Source: Mobula hypostoma
Taxonomy: Eukaryota
Direction: 5' to 3'
Assembly (NCBI RefSeq): GCF_963921235.1
Contig: NC_086097.1
Span: 152,584,001 to 152,648,000, forward strand
DNA: 64,000 nt
The first letter of the stretch is position 1; each line of letters starts with the position of its first letter. A model generated the notes under the pieces. That model saw only the letters and a program-made list of their open reading frames with translations, was not told the DNA's origin and ran no database searches. The translations under genes and the position numbers were made by a program. This document shows, piece by piece, positions 24,916 through 37,334 of the stretch.

Positions 24916-25254
24916 CACTTAAGCAGAGGCCTGTATGTAACCAGTGGAGTAACAACTAACACAGAAATCCAGGCTAGAAATTTGGAAAAGCTGCCAAGTC
25001 AAGTGCCAGGATGTACTGTTGCGTTGACCAATACCAATGGCAGGAAGGAGGTCTATAGCTATTTTGGATACCCAGATGGGTAAAGCTGGTATCGTGCATG
25101 TAATAATATTGATGGATCGAGAGAGCATTGGTGGGTGACAGGCCATGGAAAGCACAAAATTGTGAACTTTACGCATGTTTACAGGTCAAATCTATACAGG
25201 CTTAGGACCAGAAAGCATGAACTTTACTTGCCCAAAATGCTTACAAGCTGATAT

Positions 25255-25952
25255 ATTAGAACATAGAACAGAACAATACAGTACCATACAGACCCTTTGG
25301 TTCACGATATTGTGTCATCCTTTTAAACTACACTAAGATGAATCTAACATAAACCTCCATTTCTCTATCATCCATTTGCTTACCTAAATTTCTTAAATGT
25401 CCCTGATGTATCTGCCTCTACCCAACACCAATCACTAAAATTATACCCCCTTTTATTAACCATTTCTGCTCTGGGAAAATGTCCTTGCTCGCTCATCCTA
25501 TTTTTATAAGACATGACTTCTAATCCGGGCAACATCCTGATAAATCTCCTCTGCACCCTGTGTAAAGCTTCCATGACCTTCCTATAATGAGGTAACTAGA
25601 AATGAACACAATATTTTAAGTGTGCACTAACCAGGATTTTATAGAGCTGTAACATTACCTCACAGATCTTGAACTTAATCCCCTTACTGATAAAAGCCAA
25701 CACACCATACACCTCCTGAAAAAACCTATCAACTTTCACAGCAGCTTTGAGGGACCTATGGGCATGGAACTCCAGATCCCTCTGTTCCTTTGCACTGCAA
25801 AGAATCCTGCCATGAACTCTGCGTTGTGTCTTCAAATTCTGTCTCTGAAAGGAATCACTTCACATTTTTGGGGGTTGAGCTCCATCTGCCAGTTCTCAGT
25901 CAAGCTCTGCATTCTGTCAATGTCTCATTGCAACCTACAACAACCCTCCACA
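25255..25952 (-). mobile_element. CR1 3' fragment
   Basis: EQRDL..HRSLK, HLKYCVHF, RVQRRFIRMLPGL. (TTCTA/TG)n tail. Confidence 0.88.
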
Positions 25953-26311
25953 TATTATAGCATGTCTTAATAAAGTAGATCTCTTGCAATTGTTTGAATT
26001 GTTCTGAACTAGTCTACATTGTTCTCAAGGTTTTTGTTCTGTAAAGTCTCCAAATGCTACATGGAGTGTTACAGTGAGAATCTTTGCTTCCCTGCCTGGG
26101 TCATGTCATTGAATTCTTAGAAGTGATGGGAGAGTGAGAGAAGCAACCACATCAGTAGGAGTTCTTTCCTTTCGGTGTAATATGAAGATAGTGTTTGAAG
26201 TATATTCCTAGAGTGATGAATTGAGGTCTGCATAAGATCTTAAAATCATCATACGGATAGGTGGGAAAGGACTGGATTGAACTTTGTTTTTTTATTACTT
26301 GCTTCTCAGTT

Positions 26312-26862
26312 GTTATAGCCGGGGGTGGTAATAGGGATTTAACTACCTATTAAATCTTCCAATGGCATGCACCTCAAATTGTTTCTGACAACCAGGTCCA
26401 GCTCCTGCTCTTCACATGTGGCTTAACCACTAAGCCTGGTGGAATCATTTCTACTGTCAGGAGAAGGTGCAAAGATGGGTTACTGGCACCTTATAACCAG
26501 TCGCTTCAGGCAGATGGGGCTCACCGGTTGAGGTTGGCAGCTCATCCAGGAGAAGGAGAGCTCTGATCTCAAACCTCCACTGCCTTGTGGCTAGGTCCAC
26601 TCATGGGGAAGGCTTTGGGAGTAAACCCTGAGGAAAAAATCCACAGCTGGAGCCTCTAAGAGTTCAATGCTGACTGGCAACTCCTGCAATGCTGCTGGTG
26701 CCAAACTGCATTAGTTTCTGCAGTTTCTTTGGGGTCATCAGATGCATGGAAAGGGGAAGCTTGCTACATGGACAACAGCTTGCTCTCCATATTGTACAGC
26801 CCTGGCTTGCATATCTAAACAGCCAGAATGCAGAATCCATGATCAACCCTGACCTACGGAGG
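26312..26862 (+). mobile_element. Probable non-autonomous RTE-derived element (5' UTR-like)
   Basis: GC-richer, hairpin-rich segment (e.g. GGCTTA-ACCAC-TAAGCC) with no ORF. Resemblance to RTE 5' regions is by recognition only. Confidence 0.45.
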
Positions 26863-28816
26863 CCTTTAACTTCATTACTTAAGCATGGAGTTAATACAAA
26901 TTATTTCTTGAGAATAATGAACAAATATAGGAAAAATGGATGAAATGAAATACTAGAATTTTAATTTAAATATTTAACATTGAAGTTCTTAGACACCAGC
27001 TTATATTAAAGAGCTTTAACTGGCAGCAATTTATATGCACCAATCTTTTACTCCTAATTCAATCAGATCTATAATAATGCATGGGATATATAATTTATCT
27101 CCAGCATAAGATCATCCAGTAGATCTACTATTAAAAAAATCCCAAGAATTCCTATTCAACCACCACATTTTCCAAGATTCCACTTTTCTCTCTTTCTCAT
27201 TACTATTATTTTCACATAAGAACAAAACAATGCTTTTTAGGCAATATGTCTTCTATGGAGGATAAAATTACAGGGCATAAAATCACTTAGCACTCTACGT
27301 GTTATCCTTAATGTCATCCTGCCTGCAATTTACAACGTCTAGTTGATGCTGATTGAAGAGGCAGCTGAGATTGGAATGGACACATTGTTACCATTATTCA
27401 TGGCACTTTGAAAAAAGATATTTTTGAATGTTGACATGAACCCACCAAACAAAAATAAAAATATAATATGGATATGTGAAGTGTCAGCTGAGCTACAAGT
27501 GGAAAAGTTTGGTTGTACTTAAAGCAATGCATTATAAGGAACACGTGAATGCCTTTGCTTCATAGACATTGATGTCCCTACTGAACAAAAATCTATCTTT
27601 CCACTTGCTCAATTATCCAATTAACGAATTGAGATGTTCTGCATAAATACTCTCTTGTCACAGAAAGTAATATATTATTCATATATCTCTATATATCAGG
27701 TTTCTATAGTGAAGCCTCCATGTAACCAAAATGAAGTGCATCATTGCAGTAGACATTCTGTCTGCCAGCCAGAGGATCATTCAGATTTTTATTTCACTAA
27801 ATATAGAAAAAATTGTATATTGTCAGAACCAAAACTGTCATTATAAGAGCCTAAAAGAAATCTATATACTAAATCCATATATCGTATTCCATTTAGAAGT
27901 TAGCAATAGCCATATTCATTGGAGTACATGAGAAAGGAAAAGAAAATATTGCAGTTTAAGAAGAGCTCCCAGTAGCTGGAATAAAAAGGAAGATCATCAG
28001 CATTTTTGTAATGGAAGTGGTTGCCAGGCTGGGTTGAACTGGGGTTCTTATGACGAAGTTCCATATATTTAACCAGTGGACCACAAGGGCCATAGACTAG
28101 GTGAACTCAAGTGCAAAAGAGACCAGAGACAAGAATGGAATTGAACAAAGAATCTTTATTCATTTATTTACTGAGATACAGCACAAACTAGGCTCAGCCC
28201 TTCAAGCCATGCTGCACAGCAAACCACTTGTGGACTTGTTAGTAGAAAACACTGAAGAATCAGAACACACATGGTAGGTAAATTCAAGGCTGAGCAAAGA
28301 CAAACAAAACAGAGAGAACTTAAATAGAGAGACAAGACGAGGCATGGGTGCGCTGATAATTACAAGACAAGGATGAAAGTAATCAACTAATAATCAGGGG
28401 AGGAGGAATGACGGAATCTGGAGGACTATTGTGCCCTCCGGGTGATCAGATCGAAGCATGATAGAACCAAACCCCACCCTCACCCACGGCTGGCAACTGA
28501 CGGTGCAGAATAATGTGGGTGGTGACAATGGAAGCCTCTGATCAGGTTAGGTCCAGGATGTCATAGGAGGGAACCCATAATCTTACCTCTGTCTGTGACC
28601 CTCCCAATAAACCAAGTACTGGAAACGGCCATGAGCCTACAAAAGTCCAAAAGTCAACGGTACTGGCTGAACATTGACGAAGAGAAAAGCCGGGGGGCAA
28701 GGTCTCGGGATTGCTGCTAGAGGACTGCACAGAAGGGGATTTAGTCAGGAAACACGGTAGGTGGGGCTGATGCACATACTATGTGGAGAACCTTGAACAG
28801 TCGGATATAGCGGAGT

Positions 28817-29027
28817 CAACAGGAATACTGCAGATGCTGGAACTTCAAGCAACACACATCAAAGTTGCTAGTGAACGCAGCAGGCCAGGCAGCACCTCTA
28901 GGAAGAGGTACAGTCGACGTTTCAAGGCTAGACCCTTCGTCCTGACGAAGGGTCTCAGCCTGAAACGTCGACTGTACCTCTTCCTAGAGATGCTGCCTGG
29001 CATGCTGCATTCACCAGCAACTTTGAT
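28817..29027. mobile_element. 211-bp palindromic Penelope tail insert with perfect 14-bp TSD
   Basis: GGATATAGCGGAGT at 28803-28816 and 29028-29041. The ~83-bp arms are centred on CTTCGTC-CT-GACGAAG (28941-28943). Confidence 0.92.
28939..28973 (+). ncRNA. Minimal type I hammerhead ribozyme motif (intact core)
   Basis: GTC-CTGACGA-AGG GTCTCAG CCT-GAA-ACGT-C-GAC. Confidence 0.8.
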
Positions 29028-31886
29028 GGATATAGCGGAGTGCTAGCTTCTGATACTTAACCTGATGAGGAAAGTCTTCATGGAGACCAAGACAGAATGA
29101 AGACCCTAGCTGCCTTCAATGGTTGGCACACCATTGTTGCTGCAGAGCAGCCTTCAATGGGGCTGCCTGAGTTTTCTTCCAATTTTGTTGGCAATATCAG
29201 ATTAGCTACTTAGCCTCTCACCTCTGATTCCTGCTCAGGAAACTGAGGCCATGGATAACCAAACTGACATTCAAAGGGAGACATACCCATAGAAAAATGG
29301 TGCAGAATGTTATGTGTAATCTCTGTCCAGAGCAGATGATCATTTCAAGTGGGTGGGTTATCCAAAACAAGGCTCCTCAACATCTTCTCCAGGTGCTGTT
29401 TAGTACCCTCCATCTGCCCATTGGACCTGCAGTGAAATCCTAATGAGAAGCTGGCTGTAGCTCTGATGAGCTGACAGAAGGCTTTACAGAACCAGGAAGT
29501 AGGCTGGGGGCCCTTGGTCAGAAACAACGTCCCAGAGAAAGCCTTGCACTCTAAACACATGCTGTAGGATAAGGTTAGCCATCTCCCAAGCTGAGGGAAT
29601 CTAGAGTAGGACACATAGTGGCAGGCCTTGGAGAACCCGTCTACCACCACCATAATCACGATGTTACCTTGTGATAGTGGCAGACTGGTAATAAAGTCCA
29701 TGGAGATCTGGCACCAGGGATAGGAATGAATGTGCAGTGGGTGTAGCAGCTCTTGTGGTCATGATCTGGGTTTCTTGTTCTTGGCACAGGTGTAACAGGC
29801 TGCCATGTGTGATTTAGCATCCCTATCCATGCACACCCACGAGAACCACCTCTTCATGAACTCCACCATTTGATCAGTCCCTGGATGTTCTATGATGTGA
29901 AGTGTGCCTTCACTGTAACACAATTGAATAGACAGAGTTAGGACAAAAAGGTGACCCACTGGGCCCTTCCCCGGGTCTGCCTCCTGCTGTTGCGCTCTCC
30001 CAGTGATGGTCTTAACCTCTTCTTGGACCGATACCGCCAGCTTGGACCTCAACAGGATACGTTCTGGGCCAGCTTCTGGGTCTTGTTGTTCAATCTGCCT
30101 GGAGATGGCATCTGGCTTCCGATTCTTCAAATCTGTATGGTAGGTGATGATAAAGTTAAAATGGTTTAACAAGATAGATCACTGAGACTGGCACAAATTT
30201 AACTGCTCCGCCTCTTGAATATAGGTCAAGCTCTTGTGGTCAGTCCAGACTACAAATGGATGTTTGGCTCCCGCCAGCCAATGTCTCCAATCCTCCAGGG
30301 CCATTTTGACTGCCAACAGCTCTCTATTCCCTATGTCACAATTCCTCTCTGTGCGAGAGAACTACCAGGTGAAGAAAGCACAGGGATGGTCAGGTGCAGG
30401 GTCTTATCAAAGAACAGCTCCAACCTCAATGTCTGAGGCATCTTCTGCAATGAGGAATGGCAGCTCTTGGTCAGGGACAACAAAGACAGGAACCATTGTG
30501 AACCAACACTTCGATGCTAGAAAAGCTAGCTTGACTTCTACTGTCCAGTGAAATAGACCGAATGTTGCCTTAGTCAGGAGCAGTAACCGGTGCTGTGATG
30601 GAACTGAAGTCATGGAGGAAATTCCAGTAAAAATCAGTGAATCCCAGAAAATGCTGAAACTACTTGTTCATGGTGGGTTACGGCCAATCCTTAATGGCTT
30701 GAGTCTTGCTAAGATCTATCTGAAGATTCCCTTTAGAAGCAGCAAACCCAAGAAAGGAGATTGTGGAAATGTGGGACACACTCTCCTCCAGTTTAATGAA
30801 GGGTTGTTTCCGGAGTAAATATTGAAGGATCTGTTGAACATGTTGGATAAATTTGTGGCAGGTGTTTGAGAAAATGAATATATCATCCAGAGCGCTTTAG
30901 CATATCTATGAGCACTTCATTAATAAGGGCTAGGAAGACTGACGGGGTGTAGAGTAAACTGAACGGCATCATAAGCTACTTCTATTGGACACTGAGGGTT
31001 TTAAAAGTAGTTTTCCAATCACCCCCTCCCAAATGTGGACCAAGTTCTATGTTCTTCAGAGGTCAAGTTTAGTAAAAATGATTACCCCTTGCAGCAACTC
31101 GAAAGCTATGGTCATCAGTGACAAAGGGCACCAATTCTTCACGGTGATCTCGAGGCCTCAAGAAGCTATACCCGTTTGAAGCCAACCATTCTTTTTTGTC
31201 ACGAAGAAGAAGCCTGCACCAGCAAGGGATGTGGAAGGGCAGATGGATGGAAGTGCATGAGAGCTGTGAGATGGCAGACCCTTCCAGGGCCTAGAGGTCT
31301 TCCATCCAGAGCTGTGACTGTGACCGGTTGGTTAAGATGGGCAGGGGAACTCAAAGTTGTCTTGCTAACCAGAGGTCCATGAAATTGCATGCTGCACCAA
31401 AATCCGCAAAGACTCCGGGAGATGTAGTAGAGGGCATGACTCCGACATAGCAGACCTGGGAGGAACAGTGGAGCTTGTCATGACCTCCCTTCTTGGACTG
31501 GTCTGGATGTTTTCCCGACAACTCCGGACAGGCGGAACAAAAATGCCCCAGCTCACCACAGTTGAGGCAGTAATTTCTATTCATTCTCTGGTCCTGCTCA
31601 GCTGGAGAAAGTCCGATTCTGGCCCGTCACATCGACTCCTTTGGAGGAAGTTGAGGAGTGTGAACCTCCATGGGTGATGAGGCTGGAGTGGCTCGGAGGC
31701 TGGCACCTCTCGAGGACATACTGCGGCACTCTCTTTTTCCTTCCAGCAGATGATTGTCGACAGTTATGGAGGTATCAATGAGAGTCTCTAGATTTTCCAC
31801 TGGGTCTCAACTTTAATTTCACCCCAAAGTCTATGATGGAACATGGCTCTAATCAAAATCAATATGAAGTTCAATATCACCAGCAT

Positions 31887-31980
31887 ACACACACAAAATG
31901 CTGGTGGAACACCGCAGGCCAGACAGCATCCATAGGAAGAATCACAGTCGGCGTTTTGGGCCGAGACCCTTCGTCGGGAT
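31887..31980 (-). mobile_element. 94-bp Penelope tail insert with mutated hammerhead
   Basis: Minus strand reads ATCCCGACGAAGGGTCTCGGCCCAAAACGCCGACTG. Flanking ACCAGCAT repeats at 31879-31886 and 31981-31988. Confidence 0.8.
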
Positions 31981-33169
31981 ACCAGCATGCGCTATTTTTT
32001 TACTTATCAGTGGCTGATGCTTCCATTGAATCTTCAATTCTAGGAATTCAGTCCAACCCAAACTCCGACATCTCTCTGTTGCAATGTGGAAGACAGATAT
32101 AAGCTGCATTGATCTGATACCCGACTCATTCTTGAGCTAAACAGCAGACCAGTGATATTTTGAAGGATCATCAAGATGTATTTCACAAGATTGACAAGTG
32201 ATCCTGGCATTTTTTTTTCCAAAAAGAAGCATCTTGCATGTTTAATTTGAATGTTTTATTCCCAGCTGAATCTGTGTTCAGGGAACCTTTCTTGGTTTAT
32301 AGTGTTCCAATTATTTATTTTTTTTTAAATATTTTGAACCTTGAGTAAATCATTTAAAAGTCGTCAAATAGAATTGGTAGAGGCAAGAGGTTAGTGGATG
32401 AACAACAGATAAATTATGGCATAAATGCTAATCTTCAGGGAATGTTTAATTGCTTTAAATCTACAACACCTCATTTCTCCTGCTCATGTATCCATTTACA
32501 GCTTAATAAACCTGCTTTGCAAATTATAAACCATTGTATATACTAGTGAATTATTAATCCTACTCTCTACCTAAAATTGAGGCAATCAGTGTATTTTACA
32601 AAATATAACTGGTAAGCTGAAATGATAAATAAAGGCAATCGTTTGATCCCTTAATTACAGAGAGCATGATATTGCACAAATTAAAGATTATTTAGTTCTC
32701 TGGTTCATTCTAAGTGATGGTGCTGAACCTGAATTAAACAGACCCCGGAAATGAATTTAAAAATGTGATCCACTCAGCATTAATATTTTGATTTCAATTA
32801 CTTTGAATGGAATTAAACAAGAGATCTCCTTGAACAAAGACTATAATGTAGTTTATCCAGCCTGTCCCTTGTTAGAGAATGCAACAGTAAAATCATGAAT
32901 TACAGTATTGCTGCTTTACCTTATATTAATTAAGGTGAAAAGTGAAACTCATCCTATGTTGGTCCATAAATATACCTAGACTCAAGCCCACTCAGCTTCT
33001 CATTTTTGATATATGGAACAGTTCTTGTTTTAACTTGATTCATGGTCTCTCTCTCTCAATTACTGTTTTCTATTATATTCATGATTGTATTGATTCTATT
33101 GTACAGAACACACTTGCAGCCAATTTTCTCCCTGTTCTCACTTTCATATTCTCCATATATGACTCTTCC

Positions 33170-34045
33170 TTTCCATTTCATAGCAGTTCTATCTCCATCT
33201 AAGGGGATGCGTGAGTCACGATGTTCATTATAAGACATTGACTCCCACAGCTATCTCGCCTACTCATCTCCCCATTTCCCTTACTTGGTGGATATCATTC
33301 CATTCTCCCAGATTGTCTGTCTCAGTCATATCTGATTATGAAACTTTCCATAGCAGTGCATTTCTTCCTTGTTTCTTTACATTTGCTTCCCTTCTTACAT
33401 AATACACGAGGCTTTCAACCTCGTCTCACACATCTCTTCTCTTACCCTCTCTCTTTCCAGCCAGGAAGAATACGATGTTATCTCTTTTACTCTTTGCACA
33501 GATGCTGGTTGGCATGATGAGGTTTTCCAGCACTTTCTGGTTTTCTAGTGTGTAGAGTTTTTTTTGATATTCAATGATATTCAACCCTCAATTTCCACTC
33601 CATGAACCTTGAATGGATCATTCTCCCATGTGATTCCATCACCAGGCACAACTTCTGCTTCCCTTCCCTTTCAGTATTCCAAAGGTCTATTCTCTCTATA
33701 ATTCCCTGGTATACCCTTTCATATTAATTATCTGATCCCTTCTCAGATTACTTTCCCTTGTATTTGCAGCAGATATAATGACAATCCTTTGGCCTCTTTG
33801 AAATTGTCATCCAAGGAACAAAATGTAATTCCAGATACTAAGTAGCAATTCATTCTCACTATTTTTCCAATGAATCTTACTGCATTTGATCCTCACAATG
33901 TGGTCGTTGCTGCATTAGGTTTGGTGACCACTTTGGAGAACCCCTCCATTGCCTGCGTGGGTAACATGCTTGCTTGACGTCCTTGGGACTTAATAATGAA
34001 TTTAACAATTTGAGGTAAACACCCTATTATTTTCTCCACAGATTT
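33170..34045 (+). mobile_element. Ancient Penelope-like ORF remnant
   Basis: Residual similarity to 1480-2330 (HYKT..SHSY, YCI..SQCG, GDHFGE). Contains a Penelope tail piece at 33480-33545. Confidence 0.55.
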
Positions 34046-34074
34046 GACTGTTGATCTCTAATTAGGTTGAGTGT

Positions 34075-34335
34075 GTGGAAAAGTGGCACACTTAGGAGGA
34101 CTGCTGCTTCACAGCACCAATGACAAGGGCTCAGTCCCATCTGTGTGGAGTTTGCAAGTTCTCCAGTTTATGCTGATTTGATCCAGATCTATATCCTAGG
34201 TGGTAAGTTAATTGACCACTGTGAAATGTTCCTAGTACAGTCAAGTGATAGAATGTAAGTGGAGTTGAGGTGACCATGAGGAAAATAAAATGTGATCCAC
34301 TGAGGATTAGTGTAACTATGTGTTTAATGGTCTTC
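34075..34335 (+). mobile_element. V-SINE/HE1-like SINE
   Basis: CTGCTGCTTCACAGCACC...TCTGTGTGGAGTTTGCAAGTTCTCC...TAATTGACCACTGTGAAATG. Confidence 0.65.
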
Positions 34336-34357
34336 TACAAATGAGTAGTGGGAAGTG

Positions 34358-35373
34358 AATTGAATGGCTACATTACGGCCTGGTATGGAAACACCAAAGT
34401 CTTTGAATGGAGAATCCTACAAAAGATAATGGATTCAACCAACTAAGATGAAGCGGTTATGTTGTTCGGATGAAAGACGAACGTCTGCCAAAACAAATCT
34501 TCTAATCCCAGTTTAAAGAAGGCAAACGTAAAAGAGGCAGACAACAGAAGAGATTCAAAGATGTCTTAAAAGCCAACATGAAGAAATGTAACATCGACAT
34601 CAACAATTGGGAAACCAATACCAAGGACAGGAAACTCTGGCAAGTCATCATCAGAGAAGAAACAGCAACTTTCAAAGCCAACAGATGTGCAGAATTAGAA
34701 GAGAAGTGAAGAAAATGGAAAGAGAGGCAGCAACAACCAAAGCCTGATCTCCCATCTGGAGCTACCTGTCCTGAATGTGCAAGAACTTTCAAAGCCAAGA
34801 TTGGACTCATAAGCCACTTCAGAGGCCATAAATAGATCAACAGAATGAAGACCATCATCCTCGACCTCGAGGGATAGCCACGGCGATGACAAATGGATTC
34901 AGCCCAGTACATCGTGGGTAAAGCCCTCCCAACCATTGAGCACATCTACATGAAAGCAGAATCTATCATCAAAGACCCTCACCATCCAGGCCATGCTCTT
35001 TTCTCGCTGCTGCCATCAGGTGGAAGGTACAAGTGCCTCAGGACTCGTATGACCAGGCTGAAGAACATTTACTACCCGTCAGCCATGAGGCTTTTGAACA
35101 AAAGAGGATGACTGCACTCATCCATTGAGATGTTCCCACAATCACTTTAAGGGCTCTTTATCTTGTTATTTCATGCTCTTGTTACTTATTGTGATTTATT
35201 TATATTTGCATTTGCAGTTTGTTGTCTTCTATGCTCTTGTTCTTTCATTGATTTTGTTTATAGTTACTATTTTGTAGATTTGCTGAGCATACCCACAGGA
35301 AAAAGAATCTTAGGGTTGTATGTGGTGACACATATGTACTCCGGTAATAAATTTTACTTTGACATTTGAACTT
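34358..35373 (+). mobile_element. Rex1 3' fragment interrupted by an RTE
   Basis: IIKDPHHPGHALFSLLPSGGRYKCLRTR; TTTGAAC tail. Confidence 0.85.
34441..34891 (+). mobile_element. RTE LINE 3' end with C2H2 finger; 13-bp TSD
   Basis: VVRMKDERLPKQIF...GKRKRGRQQKRFKDVLK...CPECARTFKAKIGLISH. AATGGATTCARCC at 34428-34440 and 34892-34904. Confidence 0.88.
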
Positions 35374-35499
35374 CAATGGTCCATAAAACGATAAAACATA
35401 GGAGCAGATTAGGCCATGCAGATCATTGGTTAATGGCAACTTAGTGGACAGATGTGTCAGTTTCAGTATTGATTGACTGTGACTTTAATTATGATTTCT

Positions 35500-35772
35500 A
35501 TACTCAGTGGCCACTTCATTAGGTACATCTGCACACCTGCTTGTTGCAAATATCTGATCAGCCAACCATGTGGCAGCACCTCAGTGCAAAAAAGCATGCA
35601 GATATGGTCAACAGGTTCAGTTGTTGGTTAGATCAAACATCAGAATGGGGGAAGAAATGTGATTCAAGTGACGTTGCCAGATGGGGTGGTTTGAATACCT
35701 AAAAACTGCTGATTTTTGAGATTTTCATGCACAACAGTCTCTAGTATTTACAGTGAAAGGTAAAAAACAAAT
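35500..35772 (+). mobile_element. Tc1-like transposon left-end fragment
   Basis: TA-TACTCAGTGGCCACTTCATTAGGTACA end, then ...CATCAGAATGGGGGAAGAAATGTGAT transposase start. No matching right end was seen. Confidence 0.65.
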
Positions 35773-36659
35773 CATGTCTATAATTTCACACTATGCGATG
35801 ACAACATATATTAATTAGACACAAACCAGCTCATTTTGTACCTAAGCAAAAAATAAATGGCGGTCAACTAAATAGTGCACTGACAGTATGCATGCAAGCA
35901 GTGAAGAATAACTTGGTAAGTCAGAATCGGAACTGAGTATTCTATATGGACTGAGATGCATTAACCCCTATGGCATCTTAAGGATGAACAACCTAACCAC
36001 CTAATAACTTTGAATAGCAATAAATTTCTTAGGAGTCAAAAGAAACAAAAATAATAAAAGAGAATGAATAATCTCAATTCTACTCATAACAAGTGGATGA
36101 AAGCAAAAGGTAATTTATAGAAACTTGATAGATTATTTGCCAATTCATAAAATTAATATCAGCTAATTCTTTGGTATTTGATAAAAATTTGAAATTACAT
36201 TCAAAACAAATTTATTCAGAAAATTGTTAACATAAAAAATAAAAGGTAGAATGAAGGATCAGAGAGAAACAAAAATGAGATGAATTTGTGGTCTTTTTCA
36301 GCACTGTTCTCAGATATGACTGAGCTAATAGCTATTCCCTTCAGAGGCCTGAATCACTTATGAACTGAAGACTGTGTTATTGACTCTTTACTAAAATGAG
36401 TTATCATAGCTCAAGGCAAACAATTACCCTATTTAGCAGTAATCATGCACCTAGAACTTACATGTTATTACTACTATGGCTCTCATCAATTGGAAAATTA
36501 ACAGTATCAAATAAAAGACCACTTTGCAAAACCCAAATCTACAGATTTAAATTATTTACAGATTTATGATTCACAGAGGGGAAATCATTGGCAGATATCA
36601 CACAACACTATCGTTAGGTCACGAAACAAAATACAAGGACAATTTCTTAAGTGAGTCTT

Positions 36660-36852
36660 ACTGTCCCATAAAGCTATAAGACATGGGACCAGAATTAGGC
36701 CATTTGGCCCTTGGAGTCTGCTGCACCATTCTATCATGGCTGATTTATTATCCCTCTCTGCCCCGTTCTTCTGCATTCACCCTGTAATCTCCAAAGCACT
36801 TACTAATTAAGAACCTATCAAACTTCACTTTAAATGTATGCAAATACCTGGT
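36660..36852 (-). mobile_element. CR1 3' tail fragment
   Basis: CCATAAAGCTATAAGACATGGG..AGAATTAGGCCATTTGGCCC. Confidence 0.75.
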
Positions 36853-36984
36853 TCATCCCATAAAGTTTGAGAGTTCAGTCTTCTGTTGCAATGAGTCAAC
36901 ACCTATGAGGAGGTACCCTGCACCTTAACACCATATCAACAAATTTAAAAGGCAACCTACACAGCCTTTAACCTACGCAGTTAG

Positions 36985-37325
36985 GCAGCACAGTGCTGCT
37001 GCTATTAGAGGTGCCGCCTCCCAGCTCCTGCAACCTGGGCTCCATCCTGACCTCCAGTAATGTCTGTGGGAACTCCACATGCTCTTCCTCTGTCCTGTAT
37101 AGGTGTTGTCCAGTTGCTCTATTTGCAACCAGCATCTCAAAGTCATTTGTGTTGGTAGCTTTATTGGTGATATAAGTTACCCCAGGTATGTTAGATGCAC
37201 GGTAGAATTTTTCTATTTAGCGGGGTGGGCAGAATATATAAGAATGTGGTGAAAATAAAAGTTGAATTAGTGTTAATGTGTGGCTGATGGTCAGTTCAGA
37301 CGTGAAAAACTAAGGGACCAGTATT
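36985..37325 (+). mobile_element. V-SINE/HE1-like SINE
   Basis: GGCAGCACAGTG...GCCTCCCAGCTCC..CCTGGGCTCCATCCTGACCTCC...GTCTGTG core. Confidence 0.65.
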
Positions 37326-37334
37326 TTTCCTACA

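Larger units (their letters stand above)
28049..31800 (-). mobile_element. Gypsy (Tf2/sushi-like) LTR retrotransposon remnant: gag CCHC, protease, RT, RNase H, integrase, putative 3' LTR
   Basis: CLNCGELGHFCSAC, FADFGAACNFMD, FTKLDL, DASDIEVGAVL, HPG...CYTC, MDFITSLPLSQG..VIMVVVD.FSK, SNGQME. Purine tract near 28468-28484 and LTR-like 28049-28462. Confidence 0.88.
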
